A model generated the notes under the pieces. The model was given only the letters and a program-made list of their open reading frames with translations, ran no database searches and had not been told where the DNA came from. DNA of 64,000 bases from Vicugna vicugna (taxonomy: Eukaryota). Positions 13,334 to 26,652 of the stretch are shown here, piece after piece. Position 1 is the first letter of the stretch. Each line of letters starts with the position of its first letter. Location: assembly GCA_013265495.1 (NCBI GenBank), contig MU058718.1, forward strand, positions 806,001-870,000, read 5' to 3'. A program made the translations under genes and the position numbers.

Positions 13334-13803
13334 TGTAAGACCTAAAATTAAAGTGTCATATTATGTGCTGCCTTGACATCTGGTGAAATTGGGAATGACC
13401 TAACTATAAGTTTCTCTCCCCACTCTGCCCCTGTGGGTAAGGTCCTCTAGCCAAACAACCATCCTTATCACAAGGACCAGGCACAGTGCCTGCTAATCCC
13501 TGAGTAGCAGTTTTAAGTTCCCTGCCAGCCCTCGGACTTACTCAGATAAGCCAATACCAACCTTCTGCAGGAACCAAGGGGCACCTCACCCTCTTGCTGC
13601 TACAAAGTCTGCCTCCCACGGCCTCTGTGGCCGTGGCATGGCATTTGGTGTCCCCTTCCCCTAGGCTGTGAGTTGATATGACTGAAAAAACTTCTGTCAA
13701 CTTCACCTGTCCAGTGCTGGATATTGTGTATTCAGCCGTTCCTATAACACTAGGGCGAGAACCTGTTTCTCACAAATGGGATGAAGAGGACGCAATCAAA
13801 AAA
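13334..13803. mobile_element. Probable solo LTR (ERVL-class)
   Basis: Starts TGTAAGACCTAAAATTAAAG…tattatgtgctgccttgacatctggtgaaa, about 470 bp with LTR-like organisation; family uncertain. Confidence 0.5.
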
Positions 13804-13989
13804 CTTCCTTCCTCAACCCACTAGCTATTTTGCTATTATTTACTCTTTGGAGTCCTCAGGTAGTTGCTTTTTACCTACTGTCCAGACCTTTTAATTGTAA
13901 TCAGTGGGAGAGAGCAACAACAGCTTGCTTGCTCCATCTTGGCAGGCTCTGGAAATCTATCCATGCAGTCTAGCACACAGAAGGATCCT

Positions 13990-14610
13990 TTCAGAAGGAC
14001 ACTGAAGTCAGAGTGACTCTGCTAAAATGCATAACAGATCACGTCACTCCCCTGCTCCATCCGTCCAATGAAACACCCTTGTGATCATTTCCAAGGCAAA
14101 GTCCTAGTGATTATTTATAAGGCTGTACAGAATCCACCCCTCGAATCCCTCTATGACCTCACCTACAACTCACCCCAGCTCATTCACTCCAGTCATTTGA
14201 CTATTGCTTTGCCCCCTGTAACAGCATGCATGCTTCTGCCTCAGGGCCTTTGCAGTGCTGTTTCCTGAGTGTGGGATGTTCCTCCAGATATCAACATGGC
14301 TAATCCCCACAGCTTCAAATGTTTGTTCAGATGTGGCCTTTCTAGTGAGCACTATGACAATTTTCCTATTTAAAATCAAAATTCCCTCATTCCCTGTACT
14401 CCCAGTCTCCCACTTCCTACCTTTACCCCTAGCGCTAATCACCTTCTAACATTCAATATTTACTAATCTACTATGCTCTTATCTTTTACTTCCTCCTCCC
14501 TATTAGAGTGTTAGCTCCAGGATGGTAAGGATTTTAGTCTGTTTTGGATCTTGGCACTCAGGACAGAGCCAATACAGAATGGGTCCTCAGTAATTATTTG
14601 TTGAATGCAT
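13990..14610 (+). mobile_element. L2 LINE 3' fragment
   Basis: cagatcacgtcactcccctgct…cctcagggcctttgca…ctcagtaattatttgttgaatg is a typical L2 3' end. Confidence 0.6.
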
Positions 14611-16208
14611 AAGAATATGTAAATACTACAAACACTTTAGCAAGGCTGCTAATTACAGAGAATGGAGGACTTAGGAAAATTCAGGCCAGAAAAGTTAATT
14701 CTAATTCTGATCTTTCCGTGATTTTAAATTAGAATACTCCTTTCCTTTTGACCCTGATCTTGTCTTGATGTCAGATGTATCCCTGAGGTAAAACACATTT
14801 CAGGGACTTCACCACAGCTTAGTATTTATAGGTTCTTGAGTGTTTTATACGGGCTAGCCAGGCAGAAAAGTGCTGGAAGACATTCTGGAACTTCCCCCTC
14901 AGAATAACCTAAGCCAGAATGGCATTCCCAAACCTCATTTAAAATAGATGTAATTTTTTTTAGTTGAAAGAATAATCTATAGACTGAGTTCAAGTAAAAT
15001 TTCTGTAGTCTATATTCATTTTACACCTCCTACCTAATAAAATAAATCACATTTTCATTAGTGTCTTCTTGTCAGTACACTATTCTGCCCAAACTCTCTT
15101 GGGTCTAACATGAGACCAACCTATTTCATAGCCAGTAATGTTTGGGAAACATTAAAAGAACAAAATGAAAGGGGAAAACAACAAGTTTATTATTTATCAG
15201 GTGAAATGTCATGTAGCTAAATGTTAATTTTCTCACCTTTTCCTCTGATTCCTTCCATAGCTGGAGAGAGGAGATGGGAAAAGTTGGTCATGGGGAGAAT
15301 TTATGTTAAAGTCTAATGTAATTGTTCATGGACCAGTAACAATCATTTTCTCTCCCATCATTTCTTACTTGGTACTACGTGTCAAACTTACCAGTTTCTT
15401 TGTCAGAGTAAAAAGTATCGTGGGGGCAGACCACTAAGACAATGCAGTTGAAATTTGGAATTTCTTATAGCTAATCCTTCTGTTTTTCTAATTATGAGAA
15501 AAATGTAGGTATTGAACAAATACATTTATATATTTTGATTAATGTTATTTATTAACATGCTAACAATTCATTAAATTTAACATTCAATATAAATTTAAAA
15601 TTCTAATAATTCAGTCTAATACTAATGAAGAAGGATGGCAGTGAGAGCATGTTCTGGAATTTTCTTTGCTACTTTCACTCAGCAAATATGAACTGAGCAT
15701 CTATTATGAACCTGGCACCATGCTAGCAGTTGGGGATAAGCTGTAAACTGTGAGATCCTGCCCCAGGCAGCTTCTTTCATTGAAGGCACCTGTATGAAAT
15801 CTGAGTTCAAATCTTACTTCTTCCAAACCACCTTCCCCGTCACATTCAAAAGTAAACTTGCTCCAGTAAATCAGCGTCTCCTATAGAAACTTCTTAATGC
15901 GCAATTAGGCAATGGCTCATTAGAACACTCATCTAGACATCAATCATCATTCAGTCGTACTTCAGCAAATACACACCATGGAGAAAAGAAATGTATTAAC
16001 CAAGTCCTGAAAGGTGGTAGGAGTCAGGGGTAGGGTTCCGAAGAGGGTAAGAGGAAAGGCAGGTGTGCCTAGGTTTGAGGGAGAGGAAATTTAGAAGGTA
16101 GGCTGGCATCAACACACACATTTGCCATTGAAATGGTTGACTTAATCATGTCATCATGAAATTGCTCCCATAGCTTGAGGAAAGTTAAGAGGAAACAAGA
16201 ATTTTTGT

Positions 16209-16270
16209 TTGAATTTTAAGAATGTATTTTGGGTTTGGCTTGAATTTTAAGAGTGTATTTTGGGTTTGGG
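16209..16270. repeat. 31-bp tandem duplication
   Basis: ttgaattttaagaatgtattttgggtttggc followed by ttgaattttaagagtgtattttgggtttggg (2 mismatches). Confidence 0.85.
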
Positions 16271-16400
16271 TTTTTTTTTTAATTCTTATTTTTATTAAAC
16301 AGTAGTTGACTTACAGTGTTAGTTTCAGATGTACAGCAAAGCGACTCAGTTATACATATACATACAGACATGTATTTTTTCAGATTCTTTTCCATTACTA
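16271..16400 (-). mobile_element. Short 3'-terminal L1 fragment with poly(A) tail
   Basis: T-run followed by gtagttgacttacagtgttagtttcagatgtacagcaaagcgactcagttatacatatac…ttttcagattcttttccatta, which is the reverse strand of an artiodactyl-type L1 3' end. Confidence 0.7.
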
Positions 16401-16419
16401 GAGAATGAATGTACTGGCA

Positions 16420-17160
16420 GGATTGCCCGCTCCCAGACAGAACTTCCACCCCTAGAGAAGGCAGAACAGACGGGCGTTCGCGTTCCGGCTAATTTTGAGC
16501 CACGCCGCCCGCCTTCCACCGCCTGCCGTCACGTGCCGGCCCGCCGCTGCCGCGTTGCTCGGTGGGGGCGGCTCTGCCAGGCGCCGGGCAGGAAGGGAGG
16601 CGGCCGCTGTGCCATTCTTAAAGGGGCCCGAGGGAAGGCGAAAGGCTGCTGACGGCCGGAAGGAAAATGGTGAGTTGCCGCCGGGGAGGGCGGGGGCCGG
16701 AGGACTGGGTCAGCCCGCCGGGCTTTCCTGTTTGCCAGAGCGGGTCTCGGCGGGCAGCGCCCAGTGTAGGTCGGCGGCTGCTTCCGGCCCGGCTGCTGGT
16801 GGGTACCCACAGGCTGAGACTTGGCCTCCGCCCGCCGCCGCTGCCTCCTCGTCTAAGGACAGCATCCTCCTGCCGGGCCCGGGGTCAGTCCGCCTAGCGG
16901 GCCTGGGGACTAGGGTGCGACCCGTAGGAGTGGGTTCCTGCTCACTGCGTACTTCTGGAAGGAGGGTTCCAGCTTCTACGCTGAAGGGTGGTTGGAACCA
17001 GGGGTCTGGCCCAGCGGAGGGCTCCCCTAAACGCAGGCTTCTCTGCCAGGGCCCGGGCCAGGCCTGAAGGGCCGGCAGGGGCTGAGCACCTTCCGCCTGG
17101 CCGCCTTTGCAAGGAGGGGGCTCCAATTCTGATTCTATTTTCTCGGCCTCGCCTTCGCTT
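16420..17160 (+). promoter_or_regulatory. GMFB: GMFB CpG-island promoter / 5'UTR
   Basis: Dense CpG around the ATG exon; GC boxes and extended E-box GTCACGTG at 16528-16535. Confidence 0.8.
16667..16669 (+). CDS. GMFB: Glia maturation factor beta, coding exon 1 (ATG only)
   Basis: ggaaaATG|GTGAGT donor inside a CpG island; joins in frame to exon 2 (M|SESL…). Confidence 0.9.
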
Positions 17161-17479
17161 CTTTCTCCTCTTTCCCCCTGCCTGCTTCTAAGGATGCCTT
17201 CTTATCCTTGCTTTCTTTGAGTTATAGGAGCTGGAAACCTTTTGACCCAACGCTTTGGCTCTTGGCCTTAAAGTGACTGTCAAAAGCTTTAGGTTTGCAT
17301 GGTCTGGGGGCTCTGACGTTCTCGTATGGGTTCGACTCCACGGTCAAAAAAAAAAGAAAAAAAAAAGGAGAATTAAATCAGTTAACCTGCGAGCATTTCC
17401 TGGATCTTAACCGCCGGGTTTTAAAATACGATCGTTTCTTTCATTAGAAACAGAATACAAAATCCCCACTGTTCTTTTC

Positions 17480-19010
17480 ATTGACCTCCCACTCATTTCT
17501 CAGCCCACCTCCATCGAATAGATCCTGCCATGGTCACTATATCCAAAGGACTCTCCAGTTCTCATCTCTCCTGACTTTTCAGCTGCACTGGGTGTTGACC
17601 ACGCTCTCCGCTTGGGAACATTCTCTTCCCTTGTGCTTTCCCCTTGGCTTCTGGAATACAGAACTGGTGTTTCTCCTACTTCTCCTGTTGATCTGTGTTC
17701 TATGCAGTTTTCCTTCCGTGTATGTACATCACGAATAAGCCTTCAGCTCCATCTTAAAAATGCTTCGTTTTCAATTCTGTATTCTTTATCCATCCTTTCT
17801 TGCCTACACTGATAGCTTCAATTACCCTCTACCTGTATGTAGATAACTTTTTAGTTTGTGTTGCACATCTTGCTTCTGAGATCCAGCCCAGATCTATATA
17901 TCTCATTATTTAGTTAACATTCCTGGGATGCTTTCCCCACTTGAGTGCCTCAGAGCCACCTCAGTTTGTCCAGAATAGAACTCATCTCTTTCCCCTCAAA
18001 CGTGGCTTCCTCAGTGTTCCTTAACTTAGTGAGAGACAGCACCATTTAGTCTGTTACACAAGCAAGGAGCTTAGGAGTCAACTTTTTACTAATGCACTCC
18101 TCCCAGTATCCAGTCTGTCACCAGCTCTTCTGTAGTGGTAAAGAGCGTGGGCTAGAAGTCAGGCAGTCTGGGTTGAATCCTGGCTTCCCTAGTTGTGTAA
18201 CTTTGGGGAAGATACTTAACCTCTCTAAGCCTTAGTTTCTTGCAAAATGAGGATAATATAATACCCATCTCATGGGATTGTTTTGAGCATGCAGGGAGGT
18301 CCATGTAAAGGACATAGCACAGTGTTTCTCTCATAGTGTTGAATACATGTTAACAATCATTAGCAGTATTCACACACTTTTCTTTATCCTCATCAACCTG
18401 TCTAAGCTACTTTTCATCTCTCACCTGGACTAGTTAACTTGTCTTGCTGTATTCATCCTGGCTCTCTGCCTGGCTTTTCTGCATGCAAATCTGATTATTT
18501 TCCCTGTTACCAGTCTGCTTTAAACACCTTAGTGGGTTCCTTTTGCTCACAGGATAGAGACTGAAAAACTTAATATGACCGTCTAGGCCCTATGTGGTCC
18601 AGTCCCTGCCATCCATCTTTTACACATGTTACAGCTCATTCTCTGTCACACTGGCCTTTCATTATCTTAGATGTGCTGTGCTCACTTTAATCCAAGGATC
18701 TTTGCATAGGCAGTTTTGGTCCTTTAGATGCCTTTTTTAGGCAAGCCTCCTGTGACCATGCTGTTGTTCACTAGTCTTGAGTTCTCATAGCATCATCTCT
18801 CCTTCCTAGCTCTTATTCTAGGTACAAATGTGTACATTTTTTTTAACCTGATGCTTTTGATATAGGTCTCTTCTTTACTAGAGTTAATAAGCTACTTGCA
18901 GGCAGGCCTATATTTTTAATCTGTTTATTTTATATAATTGTATCCCTAGCACTTAGCATGGTGCTGACACTCATTAAATGTTCATCGTGTAGGTAAACCA
19001 ATAAATGAAC
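17480..19010 (+). mobile_element. Decayed L2 LINE in GMFB intron 1 (interrupted by a MIR)
   Basis: Pyrimidine-rich L2-type motifs ending tatccctagcacttagcatggtgctgacactcattaaatgtt…aataaatgaa. Confidence 0.55.
18130..18360 (+). mobile_element. MIR SINE
   Basis: gtagtggtaaagagc…ctgggttgaatcctggct…gatacttaacctctctaagccttagtttc…aaaatgaggataat is the MIR core. Confidence 0.8.
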
Positions 19011-20981
19011 ACTTGAACTCAACTCTCCATTTAACTTTCTGTATTAATATTTACCATATAGTGTTGTTTTCAGGGCGTTATACTCATTTTTAAATACCTC
19101 TGTTAACTGGAAGCAATTAGAATTGGCTGAGCTGTGATCCTTTTTCTTGTAGAAAGGAATTCGTGGCCTTAGTACGGTATTGGGAGGGGTGAAAATGAAA
19201 AAGAAAGCTATACAGATTAAATCACAGCATGTTTTTCACTTGGTTTATTATCTTTAGAGTGTCAGGATTGCACAAGCAGCTCTGGTTATCAGACCTGGAA
19301 TATAAGACTCGTGACAAATTGCTGTTTGCCTGCAGAAATCTAAAGTATTTACTAGTTTCTACTAATGGGTTCTATCTTTGGTTAAAGAGAGAATGGAAAT
19401 TCTAGTTTTCTGATTTCTATGTCTTTCTCGAAAGATAGGAAAAAATAGACTAGGGTTGAATACTGCCTCCAGAAGCTCCATGTGACTTAGCATCTCTTTC
19501 TCTAAAGAGAACTAAAAGGTTGGATGTACGTGACTCCTTCAGGAGCCTAATTTATGGGATAATATATATTGGTAGGATGTACTTCCTAATTGTATAACTA
19601 GCATATCCTGTGGCATATCACACCTTACATATTACCAGGGTTGCAAATTTATAGGACAGTTTAAAATTGATAGCCACTTCCTGCTGTAACATATGCTCTT
19701 ACTTACCCAACACAGGGTGAAAAAGCAGGCTTTTACTAATTTTAATTTTAACTTAAATTGGAAGCCTTAATTCTTTTGGGTTATAGTAGGACATGTGTAT
19801 TTGGCATTGGTCTCAAAAATTTTAATTTTCTGAAGAAGAAAGGGGGAATCTATATATGAAGAGACCGAAGAACATGAACCTTGTTGGAAACCTGAGTCAA
19901 TCAGACTCACTGTTTTAAAAAAAAAAAAAAGGAGGAAGATTTGAACTTTGAACTCTACTTGAATAATTGAGACTGGAATTATTGTTGGTTTTTTAGTTAA
20001 GATAATGTTATTGTCCTTATGTTTTTAGTGGAACACACTGTCACTTTAATAACATGTTAAAATATTTACAGTTAAAATGATCTCTGGCCTTTACTGTGTG
20101 ACAGTCCATGAGGGCAGTATTGAGGGTGTTGGATGAAATAAGATTAGCTGTGTGTTGATAATGGCTGAAGCTGAGTATTAAGTGGGTTTCACTATACTAT
20201 TTCCTACCTTCGTATGTGTTCAAAGTTACATATTAAAGAGAAAAAAAGATTTGTATCCCTGTGCTTGCAATCAGTAATACATTTTTACTGTTGAAAGAAG
20301 AGTGATATTGATCATTTCCTTGCCCAGTTTCTGGAGAAGAGCCTCTAATATTTTTTCATAATTTATAAAAGATTCTTTGAGTTTTTATGTTTGTGTCATC
20401 TGGTTTTGCTTTCATAATTCTTAATAGCTCCTCTTTTTTGATCCTGCAGTCATTTAATTAAGATATAAAATGTAATTGATCTTTATTCTTATGTTTTGTT
20501 TTTCATGCTTTTGCTTATTTTATTTTTTTACGTAAGTTTTGAGACCCAAAAACGAACCAAGGTCTTATTAACTCTAAGTGCAGTAACATGATTTTCCTAT
20601 TCTTCCTGCATAGTGCAAAAATATTATACTTTCTAATAGCAATGTTCCTTGACTTTTCCCATATTCTTCCCTTCCCCCTCTGATGAAATTGCACATTATT
20701 ACGTGTCTAGTTCTTTGAGATATTGAGTAGCCAAAGATAAAGTTAAATTATACCCTACATATAAGATGAACAAATATGTATAATTGAATAATGTAGATAC
20801 AAATACTGGTAGATTTAAAAGCCCTTTAAGTGTTCATGTGTTTCACGTTAATACTTTTATATAATTATCTACATTTGTAGATGTCAGTATACCTTCTTCA
20901 AAGCTATTAGGTTTTATAACTTTAACATGTAGATATACTGAAGTCATGGCATTTGATAACATGATTTTTTTACTTTTCTAG

Positions 20982-21078
20982 AGTGAGTCTTTGGTGGTTT
21001 GTGATGTTGCTGAAGATCTAGTAGAAAAGCTGAGAAAGTTTCGTTTTCGCAAAGAAACAAACAATGCTGCCATTATAA
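20982..21078 (+). CDS. GMFB: GMFB coding exon 2
   Basis: ttctag| [32 protein letters not shown] +A |gtaagc; 97 nt. Confidence 0.96.
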
Positions 21079-22470
21079 GTAAGCTAACAGTGATTGTCTT
21101 CGTTACGTGGTCTTTGTTTTTATTCTATAGCTACATCAAATAACCTGAACCTTTAGAAAGTAATTTGCCTCCTCCTGTTTTAATCCCCTCCCCCCACTTT
21201 TATATCACTTTAAAAAGTAGGTAAAGCTACTATCGTAGAACAGAGGTAGAGTGTCCCCCCTCAGCTGTCTGCATAGCTCTGAAGAAGATGATCATCTTGG
21301 TCACTTGGTCATTTGTAGTGATCCATCCAACTCCATCCTTTAACTTCTCAAGAGACTGAAAATAGCCTGGCTGTTCATCCTCAAACAGAAACCTTTGTCT
21401 ACACCTAAAATGGTACAGTTTAGCATTGTGTTCAAAGTGATTTGGGTCTTAACTTCAATTCTAGGCTTGAACTCTAGTTTCATGGAGCGTACTTATGTCA
21501 CTGACTTTTGACAGTGGAAAACGTGCTTTGCATATTGCCTCTTCTACTGTGAGCTGTATCTGATGTTATGCAGATTTCTTTCATATTCTTAGGTAATATT
21601 TAATATGTGGGTAGTGATTTAGAAAGATGAAGGATGAGGGGGTAAGAATGTAAAATTCTATAGACTCATAACAGAGATGCATCTGGCAGATGGAAATTAG
21701 TGTGGTGGTGACAACTTGTCATGAATTCTGGTTCTTTTACAAATACTACAACATAGGCATACAGTTCTTAAAAATGAAAATGTGTGTCAGTGCCATTTTG
21801 CCAGAAAGGATAAAGCTAAGCTATCTGAGATCATATTGTATTTCACAGGATTTACTATGAAATTAATGCAAAACCAAAAAAATGGCTAACTTTTCAGAGG
21901 AATGGAAGAGAATAGAGGCATAGGTTATCTAAACATACTTTGATTTGGCTTTGGATTATGTTACATATACTTGAATAGAGATACCACTGCTATTTGGTAA
22001 TTTACTTTCTCAGAGTCATCATACTGCACCATGAAATCCCGACTCTGGAGAAGCTGGGAATCTGGCGGTTGTTCTATTCTGACCCTTGCTCTGCTTTTTT
22101 GATTGTAATTCTAACCATATTCAATAACCAGTCTCAATCACAGTGACCTTTTCAGACCTTTTCTTATCATCCAGAAAGTTGCATTTGAGTTACAAAATTC
22201 TTTATATACACAGTAATTGTAAAGAGTTGACATAAAATTCTAAATAAGCCAATTAGGTGCTGGGAATTGTGGGTAAAAGCTTTTAAATGCTGACTCCTTG
22301 AAAAGCAAAGCTAGATAATACATCATAAACTAAAACTGCAAATGAGTTTTATGCTTGTGTTTCTTCATGTTTTAATTTTGGATGCCAAAAAAAGGGCTGG
22401 GACTCTGTGCATTGGGTAGATCAAGGTCACGTTAGAATCACAGTTCACTCATACTGTATTTTTATTTTAG

Positions 22471-22520
22471 TGAAAATTGATAAGGATAAACGCCTGGTGG
22501 TGCTGGATGAAGAGCTTGAG
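22471..22520 (+). CDS. GMFB: GMFB coding exon 3
   Basis: ttttag| (M)KIDKDKRLVVLDEELE |gttggt; 50 nt. Confidence 0.95.
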
Positions 22521-23210
22521 GTTGGTTTGATCAGCTAAATACAGCTTTATAGTTAAGCAATTACTATTGCCCAAAAGATGCTTGTACTAGTTCCATGTAC
22601 TTCTAAAATGAGTTCTAAACCTTTAAATACATGCTCGTTATTCATGAAAAGCATGTGCTAATTGTTGTGCATTATCTTGCTAATTTAATCACCTTCCATA
22701 AAGCATTAATGAAATCCAGTGTAATAAGTGATAGAAACTTACTTTGTCTGGTTAAAAACTGAATCAGCTTTATAACTTGCTTCTAAATTGCTTGGCCAGT
22801 ACTTAAAAACTAAAACCGTGTAACCTAGGTATTTAGTTTGTCAAGTTAAGTAACTAATTTAGAGGGAAAAGAAATTAACCTTTTTTCCCTAAATCAGATA
22901 TTGTTGTTGCTCTGAGGGATTGACATATATCACTCAGTATTTCCTGACAGTTGGAACGTGCGCATAGATTACTCTGCCCCTCAGTTCCATGTTTAGTTAA
23001 TAAATGGAACTAAACTGAGTGGACTGGAGTGGACTTTCACTGGACTGAGGGTTTAATAACCTCAGCTTATGTACAATTTAGTAAAATAGAATTTTATGTT
23101 GTGATATAAGGTTATGAATTTATACCTATTAGTAGAATCGGTGCTTGGTATATCTCTTAAGAACTTACGGGTAAGAAATGTTTGTAAGTTGTTTTTCTTT
23201 ATGGTGCCAG

Positions 23211-23260
23211 GGCATTTCACCAGATGAACTTAAAGATGAACTACCTGAACGCCAACCTCG
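23211..23260 (+). CDS. GMFB: GMFB coding exon 4
   Basis: gccag| GISPDELKDELPERQP+CG |atatcctttt (U12 donor); 50 nt. Confidence 0.95.
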
Positions 23261-23819
<559 letters not shown>

Positions 23820-24838
23820 TGAATCTCTTTAAATAGTTCATATTTGGTTCTAATCAAATTAAGCCATTTTTATACTAGACAACTTTTATGCTTGTTTTAA
23901 GGATGAAAATATTTATGTTGAATAACCTAAATTGCAGTGTGTGTGCACATACATGCTCATGTGAATACATCACTAAAAATAAGTTACTATGAAGTATTAC
24001 CTCCTAGAACTTTCTCTTCTTAGGATGAATTCCTAGAAATGGAATTGTTAGGTCAAATTATACACACATTTTAAGGAATTTGAAATGACATTTAAAATGT
24101 CAAAAGTTTTCAATACATTTTCTTCTGTATTTTAATTTCGTTTATAAGTATGTGAACTTTGTGTAAGATTATGATATATATTTGTATTTATCTTTAAATA
24201 ATAGTTACCAATTATATGCTTATAATCTTGAGAACAGTCCCAGAGTAGCTTATATTGGATATTAAAATGGCCTATTGGTATTTGATCTATCCATATCACC
24301 AGAACTCCACTGCCACCACTGTTCTAGCCCACAATAAAGTTTCTACTCACTGAACTCCCTCCTAAACTTTATTATTTGTATCATTTACATAGCACTTAAA
24401 ATATACCGCAGTCTGTTTTTTAATTATGTAAGCAGACTAACTTTTTCAGAGCAAGTCTCCCCATCCCACTGACACCCACCAACATCCCAAAACCTTTATA
24501 CATTAGGCATCTGTAAAATTGATCTTGATACTTAACATCAAAATTACAATAGTGCTGAAAAGTTTCAAAGTATTTGCAAGGCTCTAGAAGTCAAGATACA
24601 TAGAGATCTAGCCTCATGTATTTTTGCTGACCTAAAGCCTTGTTCATTGGTTATTTAGCTATGTCTCTTTTTCAGACAATATGCAGTATGAGTCTCAAAA
24701 TACAGCTCTTACATTTAGACAAGTTTTTATAAACTCGTTAGCATAGGAAATCCTAAATGTGTCATTTTTTTAAAGTGAAAATGAAAACCCATCACTTTTT
24801 CAAAATCTAAGTCTCATTTCTATTTTAATCTCTTCTAG

Positions 24839-24912
24839 GATGTAAGCCTGAACAACAGATGATGTATGCTGGGAGTAAGAATAAGTTAGTCCAAACAGCT
24901 GAACTAACCAAG
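24839..24912 (+). CDS. GMFB: GMFB coding exon 6
   Basis: ttctag| (G)[24 protein letters not shown] |gtggta; 74 nt. Confidence 0.95.
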
Positions 24913-25341
24913 GTGGTATTTATATTTGACTTGCTTGTTGAGACAATATTTTCCCTTTGTAAGTAGAGCAATACCTAAATAATCTGAAGAGTTAAGTATT
25001 TCTTCGTGCTGGTGAGCATTATTTAGAACAGAGGAGTAAATTAGAGCTTTTTATTAGTTGGAAATAGAATGGTAGATGTCTTTAACCAAAAGTGTGTTTT
25101 TTGAATGGAAATTATAAATTGATTAGAAGAAATCACATTCAGAATGTAGGCAGCTTTAGAGAAGCCAGTGTAACTATTCAACCTATTGAGAATTTTTCAT
25201 CTTCCATAATGTAATTTCTAATAGATAAAAGTCAGCATTGACTTCTCTGAGCCTTTTATCATAGACTAAATGAACCAAATTCTGGGCTGGGATTCCATAT
25301 TATACAATTAACTGTATTGTTTCCAGATCTAAAATTAAATT

Positions 25342-25426
25342 TAAAAAATTTTTAAATTTATTTATTTTCAAAATTTTGTTGGGGGGAGGTAATTAGGTTT
25401 ATTTGTTTTTTTAATGAAGGTACTGG
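25342..25426 (-). mobile_element. 5'-truncated tRNA-derived SINE (vic-1-like) in GMFB intron 6
   Basis: ggggggaggtaattaggtttattt…ttaatgaaggtactgg matches the 3' half of the SINEs at 39108 and 40477; 12-bp TSD taaaattaaatt at 25330-25341 and 25429-25440. Confidence 0.8.
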
Positions 25427-25889
25427 TATAAAATTAAATTGTTAAGAGTACTTACTAATATTAGCTTTATTAAGTTAGAACATTGTGTTTCATGTGAGAC
25501 ACAAGCTTTAACATTTACCATGTCCCCATTGTATTACGGCATTTTTGAAGGTTAAAGGTAAGAGGGGTACTTGCTCTCAAACTTTATTTAGCTTCCATAT
25601 ATTAATTAGAGTCAAAAAAGTAGATACATTTAAAGTTTTGAAATAGAATATTATATCACTGAAGTAATATTTCCTTTCAGGTTTTATTTTAAGGACAGCA
25701 TCAGTATTTTCTCCTTGGGTGCTTAATCGTCAACTGAGGGGATGTTTTTAAGTGCCCTCTGCTTTCTCCCTTTAGCCCATATGGTTGTTATTGATACCAA
25801 CTTATAGATACCGCTTTTCCTCATTTGTACCATAGGAATACTCTGCAGTTGCTTTAAGTAGGTTGGATGGTTAGGAAGGAGCTCTGTTA

Positions 25890-26135
25890 ACAGCCTTATG
25901 TCTGTTCTAATTCCAGGCATGCCCTAAAGTACTGAAATTAAGGCATTACAATTTACAAGTTACTTTTACAAATAATCTAATTGAATCCATACCACAACCC
26001 TGTGAGGTTGATGATGAAGTTCCTGTTCTGTAGCTGGGAAAACTGAGATTTGAGGATGAATGACTTACCTACGGTTGCTTATTAGGACATGTCAGAGCTA
26101 CGATTCAAATTCACATCTGCCTGAAATCCCACTCT
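25890..26135 (-). mobile_element. MIR SINE
   Basis: accacaaccctgtgaggt…gggaaaactgagat…tgacttacctacggt…gattcaaattcacatctgcctga. Confidence 0.65.
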
Positions 26136-26580
26136 TTCTGCTGTATTGCATTGTCTCTTTGTAGCCATTATACTTTCTGGGCCTGTGTGTGTTCAGATTC
26201 TGGCTTGAGATTTGTGACCATGGACCTCTAATCCAGCCGTATCTGAACAGCTGGTATTTCCTCCACCCATGGAGGCTTGGCACATGTTCTTCCAATTCCT
26301 CACTAGTTCGACTGATTTTAGTTGTGTATACTTGGGTGTCTCTTTTAGTGGGTGACATCTATAGAACTCCTCTTTGAGAATATTTGAAGATTTGTGCTTG
26401 TAAGAGAGTTTTGATTTTATGCCATCTTGATTGCTAAACTTTGATAACTGAGGCCTTAGCATTTAAAAAACAGTGAAGTTGTATCTAATTTACACGGATT
26501 AAGTCATTACCAACGTGAAAGAAAGCAGAATTTGGTGTTTAATATTCAAATATACAACGTATTTGATTTTTTTTCTTAAG

Positions 26581-26652
26581 GTATTTGAAATAAGAAATAC
26601 TGAAGACCTAACTGAAGAATGGTTACGTGAGAAACTTGGATTTTTCCACTAA
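26581..26652 (+). CDS. GMFB: GMFB coding exon 7 (stop)
   Basis: ttcttaag| VFEIRNTEDLTEEWLREKLGFFH-TAA. Exons total 429 nt = 142 aa ADF-H family protein. Confidence 0.96.
   Translation, partial: VFEIRNTEDLTEEWLREKLGFFH

Noticed and set aside
16329..17191. Several overlapping ORFs (up to 190 aa) at the GMFB promoter
   Set aside because: GC-rich island artefacts; the only real coding bases are the ATG at 16667-16669 followed by a GTGAGT donor.
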